The position numbers and the translations under genes are program-made. DNA of 64,000 nucleotides, taken from the NCBI GenBank assembly GCA_965247985.1, contig OZ252051.1, forward strand, positions 3,973,045 to 4,037,044, read 5' to 3'. This document shows positions 53,471 to 61,866 of the stretch, piece by piece (the stretch's first letter is position 1; the number at the start of each line of letters is the position of its first letter). This DNA comes from an uncultured Candidatus Binatia bacterium (GTDB lineage Bacteria > Desulfobacterota > Binatia > Bin18). Under the pieces are notes generated by a model. The model saw only the letters and a list, made by a program, of their open reading frames with translations, made no database searches and had not been told where the DNA came from.

Positions 53471-53650
53471 CTAGCTGCCCACTGACGCGGCGGCGGCCGT
53501 TGCGACGTAACGCTCGGCGTCTTCGGCCAGCAGCAAGCGTTTTTCTTGTAGCTCAGCGGCGGCGCGGGTCACGGCCTCAACGGAGTGCTCGTGACTGGGA
53601 TAACGCTCTTCAAGCGAGAGCCTCGGATCGCCATTTGCCCGTCGTTCTTT
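53471..53650 (-). pseudogene. Possible start-less C-terminal remnant of a hydrolase-type gene
   Basis: The frame reads ...AKERRANGDPRLSLEERYPSHEHSVEAVTRAAAELQEKRLLLAEDAERYVATAAAASVGS, then TAG (53471-53473). It has no usable start. The resemblance to C-termini of an alpha/beta-hydrolase family is from memory only. Confidence 0.3.
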
Positions 53651-53739
53651 GGCGGTGACGGCAACGTGTAGGGGCGGTATGGCACGTTGCCCGGTAGACT
53701 CGCCCGCTCGACCATGATGGTGAAACTGGAGCGCCTCTT

Positions 53740-54270
53740 TTACCCGGATTGTGCTCCAACCAAAACGAAAGCCACCAGAGCTGGCTCTGCTGAACGATTA
53801 CTCCAGGCATGATTGGTCGCCCGCTGGATGAGGACATCCCCAGCCTGCATGCAAGTTTCACCTTCGTCCATGACTGCCCAAATCTCACCTGATAGGACGA
53901 TGGCGTAGTCTACTGAGGCGGTTTTATGCATCATCGGGGTTGAGCTGGTAGAATCAGCGGCATGACCCGCCTCCATGGAGGAAAAGACTTCGCTCGCATC
54001 AGTACGGTCTTGCCATGCCGCATCAGGCGGAAACTCGACGACGCGGCAGATTGTCCCGGTCGACTGAGGTTCAAGATGCATAGGACGATCAACCGGGTCG
54101 GCATCACTGGACAGGTCAGCAGGCGCAGTTGTCGTCTCCCATAGATCAGTGGCTCGCAGTCCTGGCACTGCTTCGAGATCTAGAATGCTCGTGGCAGTGG
54201 CATCTTCAGCAATGACCGATTTTCCTTCAGCATTGTGACCGGTCACAATGCGGCGGATTTTCTTTGGCAT
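53740..54270 (-). CDS. Cupin domain protein
   Basis: Start MPKKIRRIVTGHN after GGGGAGAGAG. Motifs MHKTASVDYAIVLSGEIWAVMDEGE...AGDVLIQRATNHAWSN. Confidence 0.75.
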   Translation of the reverse strand: MPKKIRRIVTGHNAEGKSVIAEDATATSILDLEAVPGLRATDLWETTTAPADLSSDADPVDRPMHLEPQSTGTICRVVEFPPDAAWQDRTDASEVFSSMEAGHAADSTSSTPMMHKTASVDYAIVLSGEIWAVMDEGETCMQAGDVLIQRATNHAWSNRSAEPALVAFVLVGAQSG

Positions 54271-54412
54271 CTCTCTCCCCCTCTCATTCATGAAACGGAT
54301 ATCCTTCCTCCTAACACGAGTCAAACGTGTCGGTTCAACCCGACTCTCTCAAATCAGACAGCACCTGACCTTTGATCCATAGCTGTTGAGGGCGGTGTCC
54401 CTCTGTGAAAAA

Positions 54413-55552
54413 TCAGCTCACAGCCTGCTTGGGTGGAATCTCTTCTGCATTCTCGGCTTGCCCAGCCGGCTGGATTGATAGCCCTTCAGGTACATGAATC
54501 GTAGAGGTTGGGAAGGCGGTTTGTGCGCCGTGAGACTCGATAATCTCCAGGATTTTCAGCAACACGTCTTGCTTGACCTTGTGGTAATAGGTCCAACTCG
54601 TCGTCTTGGTGAAGGTATACACAAAGAAGTCTAGGGAAGAGGGGGCAAAGGCATTGAAATTGACCATCAAGGTCCGCGAGGTATCAATCTCGGGATGGGA
54701 ACGCAGCATCCGCTCAACCGCGTGGACAATAGGCTCCATCTTGTCGGCATCGTCATAGCGGATGCCGATCGTCTCGTAGATGCGACGGTTCGACATCCGC
54801 GAAGGATTCTCCACCGCAATAGTGGCAAAGGCTGCGTTCGGGATGTATAACGGCCGCCTATCAAAGGTGCGGATGCGCGTCTGTCGCCAACCGATCTGCT
54901 CAACTGTTCCCTCGATCTCACGGTCCGGAGAGCGTATCCAATCGCCTACCGCAAACGGACGATCAAGATAGACCATCAAGCCCCCGAAAAAGTTCGCCAA
55001 TAAATCCTTGGCAGCAAAGCCAATGGCAATACCGCCAATGCCGCCAAACGCCAGCACTCCGGATACACTCACCCCCAGCGTCTGCAGAATCACCAACGTC
55101 GCTATAATCGTGACAAACATGCGCAGCAACTTGGCAATGGCATCCAGGGTGGTGCGGTCGTAGGCTTCGCCTTCGGCTTCATATTTTGCGAGGATCGCCC
55201 CTTCCCCTTCTTTAATGAGGCGCATCAAAAACCAGGCGAAGAGGGACATTACTCCCAGCATCCGAAAGGGGCCAAGCTCAGTAAAAAGTGTGGGTTCGGA
55301 ATGACGCAGAACAATATCAAGAGCCAAGCTCAGACCGATAAAAAGCACAAGAAAAGCCAGCGGTCTTTGCAGGGCCTTGACGACCGCATCGTCCCAATAC
55401 GCCTGTGAGTCCAGGGCTTTGTGATGCAAGCGGTTGAGGAGCCGCCGCAAAATGAAATCCAGCACCAGGGTGATGAAAACAATGACACAGACCTGGACCA
55501 GCCACGATGTGGCCCAGTCGGGCTTTTCGGTGAAAAGGCGTGTGAGTTCCAT
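54413..55552 (-). CDS. Mechanosensitive ion channel (MscS family)
   Basis: N-terminal TM helices, then FGGLMVYLDRPFAVGDWI......EGTVEQIGWRQTRIRTFDRRPLYIPN. Confidence 0.9.
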   Translation of the reverse strand: MELTRLFTEKPDWATSWLVQVCVIVFITLVLDFILRRLLNRLHHKALDSQAYWDDAVVKALQRPLAFLVLFIGLSLALDIVLRHSEPTLFTELGPFRMLGVMSLFAWFLMRLIKEGEGAILAKYEAEGEAYDRTTLDAIAKLLRMFVTIIATLVILQTLGVSVSGVLAFGGIGGIAIGFAAKDLLANFFGGLMVYLDRPFAVGDWIRSPDREIEGTVEQIGWRQTRIRTFDRRPLYIPNAAFATIAVENPSRMSNRRIYETIGIRYDDADKMEPIVHAVERMLRSHPEIDTSRTLMVNFNAFAPSSLDFFVYTFTKTTSWTYYHKVKQDVLLKILEIIESHGAQTAFPTSTIHVPEGLSIQPAGQAENAEEIPPKQAVS

Positions 55553-55595
55553 ACCTACCTCTGTAGCATGTCCGGCGTTTGAATGATGGGGAGGA

Positions 55596-56258
55596 TCAAC
55601 GCGTGATAATCAACCAGCGCGCACTCCAATAAATGAAGAATAACGCCAACGCCTGGACCACATGGTAGAGGGCGTTATGGCTCAGGGACACCGGCAAATA
55701 TATGGAGTGAAAGCCCCACTGCGCTTGCTGTATGCCTGCTGCAACGAATGTCAGGACGAGTCCGAGCAGGCCGATCAGAATCGCAGACTCGCGCCCCTGT
55801 TGATACACCAGACCATAGACAATTAAAAGAAAAACCGTTGCGGGCAGGTAGTAAACAATCGCTACAAGAAAATTGCGCGAGACGAACAGAACAACCCCGC
55901 AGTAGAGGACGAAGAGCACAACAGCGCCTTGCCTGATCCACACAGCCACGCTTTCCGAGAAATAGAGTTGCGCCCCAATAATCCAGCCGCATAGCGCGGT
56001 GACCCCAATCGCGATTAGGGTCGTTCCCCACAGCAGGCTATGGCTAACGGTTCCCTCGCCAGGGAAGTAGCCGTGCACCGTTCCGCCACTGAGGGCAGCC
56101 ACGCCAATCGAGGCAAAAAATATTGCAAACCAGAGGCGCAGCGGGTTCTCCGCCTGGCCCGCCTGGCCCGCCTGGCCAGATACAAGCAGCCAATAGGCAA
56201 ACAGTCCACACTCAAGCGCGACTGCATAATCGGTCAGGGTGACATCCGGTTCGTTCAT
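55596..56258 (-). CDS. Integral membrane protein, function unknown
   Basis: 220 aa with about 7 hydrophobic segments. No motif recognised. Confidence 0.6.
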   Translation of the reverse strand: MNEPDVTLTDYAVALECGLFAYWLLVSGQAGQAGQAENPLRLWFAIFFASIGVAALSGGTVHGYFPGEGTVSHSLLWGTTLIAIGVTALCGWIIGAQLYFSESVAVWIRQGAVVLFVLYCGVVLFVSRNFLVAIVYYLPATVFLLIVYGLVYQQGRESAILIGLLGLVLTFVAAGIQQAQWGFHSIYLPVSLSHNALYHVVQALALFFIYWSARWLIITR

Positions 56259-56359
56259 GATCTTCGTAACGGAGAAGACTTCGCTCTGACTTCTTGTTCC
56301 GGCGCAGCCTTTCCGTTACCACACTGACGGAAGGGATTGAATACAAAAAGGAGGACAGC

Positions 56360-57244
56360 ATGAAATATGGCATTCAACTTGGTGGTGGGGCGTCCGTGTC
56401 TCAGCGCGACTCGCTCAAAAAAGTCGCCACTGCCGCAGAAGCACTTGGCTTTGATTCGCTCCTGATTGGCGATCATATTGTCATTCCCAAGCAGATTACC
56501 GCCCCCTGGCCCTATGACGAATATGTGGGCGGCAAGACGCCGTATGCGGTGTACACCGAAATGGTCTGGCTGGACCCGTTCGACACCATGGCCTTTCTGG
56601 CGGCGATTACTGAGCGGATACGCCTGGGCATCAGCGTCGTAATTGTGCCGTATCGGCATCCCTTTGACGTTGCGCGCCGGGTAGCCACCATTGATGTGCT
56701 GTCCGGCGGACGTTTTGTCATGGGCATTGGAGTCGGCTGGCTGGAGGACGAATTTCGTCTGCTGAATATCCCCTTCAAAGAACGGGGTGCTCGCACGCGC
56801 GAATATATTGCTATGATGCAAGCCTTGTGGACGCAGGACTCGCCCCGTTTTTCCGGCAAATTCGTCGAGCTGAAGGAAGATGTCAACGTCCTGCCCCGTC
56901 CGCTCCAAAAGCCCCATCCGCCCATTTGGGTGGGGGGAGAATCCAAGCCGGCCTTGAGACGCGTAGCCGCCTTTGGCAATGGCTGGCACTGTGGCCTGGT
57001 CCTGCCCGAGCGGATTCCTGGCTTACTGGATCAAATCAAAGGACTCATGGACGAAGCCGGCCGCGATTTTAACGAGTTGGAGATTACCGCTCTTGCCCTA
57101 TCCAATAGGACTGGCGACAAAGAACTTGAGGAGTATCGGGCCGCCGGCGTTGATGTGCTGTATATGCTGCCGTTGAGCAACGAGACCGATGCCGTCATTG
57201 AGGAAATGCACGACTTTGCGGAGCGAGTCAGTAGGTCGGATTAG
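56360..57244 (+). CDS. LLM-class (luciferase-like) F420/flavin-dependent oxidoreductase
   Basis: Start MKYGIQLGG after AAAGGAGGA. Motifs GFDSLLIGDH, RLGISVVIVPYRHP, LSGGRFVMGIGVGW, PRP.QKPHPPIWVGG. The last 4 codons and the stop lie in a REP copy. Confidence 0.85.
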   Translation: MKYGIQLGGGASVSQRDSLKKVATAAEALGFDSLLIGDHIVIPKQITAPWPYDEYVGGKTPYAVYTEMVWLDPFDTMAFLAAITERIRLGISVVIVPYRHPFDVARRVATIDVLSGGRFVMGIGVGWLEDEFRLLNIPFKERGARTREYIAMMQALWTQDSPRFSGKFVELKEDVNVLPRPLQKPHPPIWVGGESKPALRRVAAFGNGWHCGLVLPERIPGLLDQIKGLMDEAGRDFNELEITALALSNRTGDKELEEYRAAGVDVLYMLPLSNETDAVIEEMHDFAERVSRSD

Positions 57245-57303
57245 CGCAGCGTAATCCGACACGTCCGGGCTGTCGGGTTACGCCTACGGCTAACCCGACC
57301 TAC
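57231..57303. repeat. Pair of inverted REP-like hairpin elements (GTAGGTCGGRTTAGC...GTAAYCCGACA)
   Basis: Copy 1: gtaggtcggattagcgcagcgtaatccgacac (57231-57262). Copy 2, on the opposite strand: gtaggtcgggttagccgtaggcgtaacccgaca (57303-57271). Each has a 9-bp stem. Confidence 0.7.
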
Positions 57304-57937
57304 AAGGCTTCGGTGGCTGCTGAGCCCGCGTCACGCCGATCATACTGTCTCGCGTGACCAACTCGGCGAGATCATCCTCGCCCATCCCCTCCGTGCCGGT
57401 TGGCCGCTGTGGAATCACCAGATAGCGCATATCTGCCGTACTGTCGTACACCCGGACCTCCATATCAGGCGCTAATTCCAAGCCAAATTCTTTGAGGACG
57501 GCACGCGGCTCTTTCACCACCCGGGCTCGGTAGTTCAGACTTTTATACCAGTCGGGCGGGAGACCGAGGAGCGCGCGCGGATAGCAGGAACACAAGGTAC
57601 ATACCACAACGTTGTGGATGGTAGGCGTGTTCTCCACAGCCACAAGCGTACTCCAGGTGTCCACGTCAATGTCGAGTGTGGCAATGGCCGCCTTGGCGTC
57701 TGCAAGTAAGTGTTGCTTAAAGTGCGGATCGACCCAGGCGCGCGCAATCACCCGCGCCCCGACTGCCGGAGTGCGGGCATCCATATCTTCGACCGCGCGC
57801 CGAACGTCGTCTGCGCTCAGCAATCCCTTTTCGATCAGCAGGACCTGAATGGCTTCTACCCGCTGCTCGTAATAGGTCAGCTCGGAAGCCTCTTCAAGAG
57901 GAACGTGCGGGTCGGGCTCATCGTGTTCGTGCATCAC
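57290..57937 (-). CDS. nthA: Nitrile hydratase alpha subunit, cobalt type (metal claw VCTLCSCYP)
   Basis: VVCTLCSCYPRALLGLPPDWYKSLNYRARVV.EPR.VL.EFG......EVRVYDSTADMRYLVIPQRP. AAGGAG lies upstream of GTG/ATG (57937/57934). Confidence 0.9.
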   Translation of the reverse strand: MMHEHDEPDPHVPLEEASELTYYEQRVEAIQVLLIEKGLLSADDVRRAVEDMDARTPAVGARVIARAWVDPHFKQHLLADAKAAIATLDIDVDTWSTLVAVENTPTIHNVVVCTLCSCYPRALLGLPPDWYKSLNYRARVVKEPRAVLKEFGLELAPDMEVRVYDSTADMRYLVIPQRPTGTEGMGEDDLAELVTRDSMIGVTRAQQPPKPCRSG

Positions 57938-57948
57938 TTACTCCTTAC

Positions 57949-58251
57949 TTACTCCTGGGGGCAGGGCTCCAGCCAGTGTTCATACATATCAATCAATAAC
58001 TGATCATTCTGATACTGAGAGGCAGATTCATATTGTTCCCAGATATGGGTTTGATCAAAGCGGACTAAATAGAGCGCTTGCTTGGGGCGTCCGTCTTTAC
58101 CATACGCCAGCGTCTCGGGGTTGCGGAACGTACCATGGACAGTCTCTATGATCCCTACTTTGCCTTGAATATAGGCTGGCGTCCGGCAATGACCGGACGG
58201 GCTAGCGACTCGGATGCGAACGCGGTCTCCGGGCTTGTACTGCGGCATCAC
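57949..58251 (-). CDS. Stand-alone C-terminal half of nitrile hydratase beta subunit (SCNase-alpha / ToyL-like)
   Basis: 100 aa. YKPGDRVRIRVASPSGHCRTPAYIQGKVGIIETVHGTFRNPETLAYG......LYLVRFD....W......LLIDMYEHWLEP. Starts 10 nt after the SDR stop. Confidence 0.85.
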   Translation of the reverse strand: MMPQYKPGDRVRIRVASPSGHCRTPAYIQGKVGIIETVHGTFRNPETLAYGKDGRPKQALYLVRFDQTHIWEQYESASQYQNDQLLIDMYEHWLEPCPQE

Positions 58252-58260
58252 CGTTCGTCC

Positions 58261-59046
58261 CTAGTAGGCCGACAACCCGCCATCAACCGGCACGATTGCG
58301 CCGGTCATCATGCGGGCTTCATCCGAGGCCAGAAAGAGGGCCACCCGGGCGATATCTTCAGGCTCGCCCACAGAGAACGGATATTTCTTCAGTTGGGATT
58401 CCAGGTTCACGACAGCGGACTGGCCGGCCGACTGCGGACTATCGACGCTCAGGCGTTGCCGCACCCGGTCGGTCATAATAACGCCCGGACAAATCGCATT
58501 GGCTCGAATCTTATCCTTGGCATACGTCCCAGCTAACACCTGGGTAAAAGAAATGACGCCACCCTTGGCCGCGGTGTAGACGTGCAGCGGAAACGATCCC
58601 CGCAAAGCGACGACGGAGGACATATTGACAATCGCGCCACCACCAGCCTTGATGAGTTCAGGAATTCCGTGCCGGCAGCACAGAAACGGGCCCAGCAAAT
58701 CGAGCGACTGGGTATGCTGCCAGACTGACATATCAACCTCAGTCACTGTCTTATCTTCGGCAATGGACCCGCCGGCGCAGTTGTACAAAATATCAAGCCT
58801 GGCGTAGCGTGCCACCGTTTGGTGGATAGCGTTCTGCACGCTCTCTTCTTGGGTGACATCGGTTTCTATAAAAACAGCCTCTCCACCAGCGTCATGGACC
58901 AGGCGTTCAGTCTCGCGTCCAAGCTCAGGCCTGAGTTCGGCAATGGCGACCTTCGCCCCCTCTTGGGTAAAAATCCGGGCGGCAGAGCGAGCAATACCTG
59001 AACCAGCCCCGGTAATGAATGCGACTTTGCCATCGAGGCGTCCCAT
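58261..59046 (-). CDS. Classical short-chain dehydrogenase/reductase (SDR)
   Basis: GKVAFITGAGSGIA (TGxxxGxG), NCAG and the S...YTAAK catalytic triad. Strong SD: CAAGGAGGAATAT-ATG. Confidence 0.9.
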   Translation of the reverse strand: MGRLDGKVAFITGAGSGIARSAARIFTQEGAKVAIAELRPELGRETERLVHDAGGEAVFIETDVTQEESVQNAIHQTVARYARLDILYNCAGGSIAEDKTVTEVDMSVWQHTQSLDLLGPFLCCRHGIPELIKAGGGAIVNMSSVVALRGSFPLHVYTAAKGGVISFTQVLAGTYAKDKIRANAICPGVIMTDRVRQRLSVDSPQSAGQSAVVNLESQLKKYPFSVGEPEDIARVALFLASDEARMMTGAIVPVDGGLSAY

Positions 59047-59075
59047 ATATTCCTCCTTGTTTTTCCCCTTCCTAC

Positions 59076-59112
59076 TCCCTCGCCCCTTGGGGGAGAGGGT
59101 CGGGGTGCGGGG
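59076..59112. repeat. GGGAGAGGG-type dispersed repeat, copy 2
   Basis: ctccctcgccccttgggggagagggtcggggtgcgggg. It abuts the stop (59116-59118) of the beta N-half gene and fills most of the spacer to the SDR gene. Confidence 0.65.
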
Positions 59113-59115
59113 TGT

Positions 59116-59475
59116 CTACGCAACAGAAGCGTCCGGGCCACCCACCGAACTTCCCTCAGTCGTTTCGACCCTCCGCTGCGCCACAATCTCTTCGGCCTTA
59201 TGGTCAATCTCGACTTTGGTCAGGACGTTCTTTTCAATCAGGAGGGTTTCAATTGCACTTATCCAGCGTTCGTAATAACTCATTGTTTCATATGCCTCGG
59301 ACGGCAGACTTTCGATTGCCCGACGCAATTCATCCACCCGGATCACGCGCTGGTCGGCGCTACTCAGCAGCACCAGTAAGGCATCCGTCCGTTTCTCCCA
59401 AAACGACAGTTCATGTTCTGCCCGGTTGACAGGCTCGGCATCAGGCCAGCCCCCACGGTCATGTACGCCCGGCAT
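59116..59475 (-). CDS. Stand-alone N-terminal half of nitrile hydratase beta subunit (SCNase-beta / ToyK-like)
   Basis: 119 aa. MPGVHDRGGW...E..FWEKRTDAL........IRVDELRRAIESLP..AYE.MSYYERWISAIETLLIEK.VLT. Strong SD: GAAGGAGGG. Confidence 0.85.
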   Translation of the reverse strand: MPGVHDRGGWPDAEPVNRAEHELSFWEKRTDALLVLLSSADQRVIRVDELRRAIESLPSEAYETMSYYERWISAIETLLIEKNVLTKVEIDHKAEEIVAQRRVETTEGSSVGGPDASVA

Positions 59476-59526
59476 ACGACCCTCCTTCTTTTTGAACGGG
59501 TCTTTTTACCCTTTTTCTTGATGGAT

Positions 59527-59710
59527 TTAGTATAAATCGATACAGGCAATATCAAGGGCGCGCAAACTCGCTTCTGCTGCTCGTAGGACAGCGGCGTATT
59601 GCAGATGGCTGCCAGAAACTTTCGAGGCAATCAGAACCTGATCAGATATCTTTGATCGCCGCTCCAACCACATCTTCCACGCCGGTATTGCCGAGCTGTT
59701 TATACTCCAT
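59527..59710 (-). pseudogene. Eroded aldo/keto reductase remnant
   Basis: MEYKQLGNTGVE (AKR N-terminus), fused to EDVVGAAIKDI, then TGA. After a frameshift the sequence reads DQVLIASKVSGSH...AAEASLRALDIACIDLY, then TAA. About 60 of about 330 codons remain. Confidence 0.55.
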
Positions 59711-59752
59711 ATCGAGTCTTTCCCGAGCGTATAGAGCAGGAACGGAGTGCGC

Positions 59753-60835
59753 TCACTTTCTTTTCCTACCACGAGGCTTCCGTTGCCCCACTGCATGCAG
59801 CCGGCGTGGATTATCGACCATCATCAGATTGACGTCCGCCTCTGAAGCGCCTAACGATTTGAGCCAGGGAATAATATTGTCATACACGTGCGAGTAGCCC
59901 CAGCCGCCGTAGTTCTTATAGCACGTCTTCATGGCGACCTCGGCACACAACAGCACCCGGTCAGCATAGCCAGCATCCAAAAGATCTCGCACGACACGGA
60001 CTTCTTCCTTATCTGTCGAAAACCCAAACCCAGGGCCACCCGCACTTTCAAACAACTCCTCGTGACCAAAATGGTCGTAAGAGACAAAGCCGACCCCTTT
60101 GTTCAGGATACGTTTGGGTACGTCAGCGTTGGGAAAGAGGCCCAGGTGGGACATATAACATTTACCCAGATCGGCGCCTTCTTTTTCCAAAATATCAATA
60201 TAGGTATCCCAGTGGTCTGCCGGAAAATTCGGATGAACCGTCAGCGACACTCCGGTAGCTTTCTGGGCGCGGGCTGACGCCCGCAAGACCTTCTCTTCTC
60301 CCGGTTGAAACGGCTCATGGGGTTGACCGCTCATCGCGATTTCGCCAATGTTGCCAGCTTTAATCCCCGTGCTGCCGATCCCTTGCGTGATCTCTTTGAT
60401 CATAATGTCGGAGAGTTCTTCAACATTCTTGTCGGCGATTTCAGGCGGATGAGAAAACTGTACATACCACCCTGTTGAAGCCACAATATGCAGGCCGGTG
60501 GCACGCGCAATTTTCTGTAACGCAATGGGGTCACGTCCCATGCCGGGCAGATCAACATTGATCAATGTTTGCCCGCCGGCGAACTTGTACTCAGCAGATT
60601 CCTGAATCGCCAGGTCCAAGTCATCCTGCACGAGGTTGTCTTTAAAGAGCATGGCGTTACGACGCACTTGGCCAAGATTTTGCATCGTAATCTTGCTCTC
60701 GCTGAGCCCCTTGAGCACCCCAGAATCTGGCGGCTGGTGCCAACACAGAATATCAATGGTCAGATGTACGTGGGACATGGTGCCCCCAATCTGACTGTCA
60801 TCAATTTCCCCTAACACGGTATTGAGTGTAGCCAT
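59753..60835 (-). CDS. Phosphotriesterase-family (PTE/PHP, PLL-like) amidohydrolase-fold protein
   Basis: Start MATLNTVLGEI after AAGGAGGG. Motifs TMSHVHL (HxH metal site), GIKAGNIGEI, VSLTVH and SHLGLF...YDHFG. Confidence 0.85.
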   Translation of the reverse strand: MATLNTVLGEIDDSQIGGTMSHVHLTIDILCWHQPPDSGVLKGLSESKITMQNLGQVRRNAMLFKDNLVQDDLDLAIQESAEYKFAGGQTLINVDLPGMGRDPIALQKIARATGLHIVASTGWYVQFSHPPEIADKNVEELSDIMIKEITQGIGSTGIKAGNIGEIAMSGQPHEPFQPGEEKVLRASARAQKATGVSLTVHPNFPADHWDTYIDILEKEGADLGKCYMSHLGLFPNADVPKRILNKGVGFVSYDHFGHEELFESAGGPGFGFSTDKEEVRVVRDLLDAGYADRVLLCAEVAMKTCYKNYGGWGYSHVYDNIIPWLKSLGASEADVNLMMVDNPRRLHAVGQRKPRGRKRK

Positions 60836-60955
60836 ACCGGCCCTCCTTTCTTTCTCGACAAACTTGTATAACGCCAAGCCTAGCATAGCTACGAATCACG
60901 AGAGAAGAGAAATTTATATTTGTCTGGATAGAACGGCTCGGCTATAGTCGGCCCC

Positions 60956-61822
60956 ATGCTGAAAGCCGGCGATATAGTCATTCACTTTTTGAACGACGGG
61001 CTGTGGTGGGATGACGGCGGCGCGCAGTTCGGTATTGTCCCACGTGAAGTCTGGCAACGGGAGAAACAACCCAACGAACGTGGTCGCATTACCATGAGTC
61101 TGACGTGTCCGCTGATTGTGACCCGCAACGAACTCATAGTCGTGGATACCGGAATTGGCAATCGTCTGAGTGAACGTGAGCAACAATTTTTTACGCCCCG
61201 GCGCGGAGACGGTCTGACTGGCCAGCTTCGCGCCCTCGGCTACACCCCAGAAGACGTGACGCACGTCGTGCTGAGCCATCTGCATTTTGATCATGTGGGC
61301 GGTGTCATTGATAAAGCGGACGACGGGACGATCACCCCGGTTTTTCCCAACGCCCGCGTTGTTATGCAAAAGGCGGAATGGGAGCTGGCAACCCATCCAC
61401 CGGACGAACGCATTGCTGCGGCCTACCGGCACGCCCCGGAATGCCTGGAGCCGCTTGAGCATATTGCACTGATCGACGGCGATACGAGACTGACGGCTCA
61501 GGTTCGTACAACCGTCTCGGGCGGTCATACCAGCCCACACCAGTGTGTCATTGTTGAGACGAGTGGAACCGGCTTGATTCACTTCGCCGATATTGTGCCT
61601 ACGACCTCGCACCTGCGGCTGGCCTGGAATGCTGCGTATGACACTGACCCGTTAGGGACCATCGCCGCGAAAAAACGTCTCTACGCGGAGGCCAGAGAGA
61701 AAGATTTATGGGTTTCGTTTTCTCACGATGACACTATCGCCGCCGGACGTTTTTCAGACGAAGAAGGGAAAACTCCAGCGTTGGCAGAGACAATTCCCAT
61801 CGCCCCTCCCAGCGGAGCATAG
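60956..61822 (+). CDS. MBL-fold metallo-hydrolase (AHL-lactonase-like HLHFDH motif)
   Basis: LIVVDTGIG....HVVLSHLHFDHVGG...GGHTSPH..V. Confidence 0.85.
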   Translation: MLKAGDIVIHFLNDGLWWDDGGAQFGIVPREVWQREKQPNERGRITMSLTCPLIVTRNELIVVDTGIGNRLSEREQQFFTPRRGDGLTGQLRALGYTPEDVTHVVLSHLHFDHVGGVIDKADDGTITPVFPNARVVMQKAEWELATHPPDERIAAAYRHAPECLEPLEHIALIDGDTRLTAQVRTTVSGGHTSPHQCVIVETSGTGLIHFADIVPTTSHLRLAWNAAYDTDPLGTIAAKKRLYAEAREKDLWVSFSHDDTIAAGRFSDEEGKTPALAETIPIAPPSGA

Positions 61823-61866
61823 CAACGAGGCAGCTCTTTTTTCACCGGACGGTGTAATCAGCGCGC

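Noticed and set aside
56255-56989. 244-aa minus-strand ORF
   Set aside because: It is antisense to the LLM-class oxidoreductase, which has a strong Shine-Dalgarno and family motifs.
60914-61612. 232-aa minus-strand ORF
   Set aside because: It is antisense to the MBL-fold hydrolase, which carries the HLHFDH motif on the plus strand.
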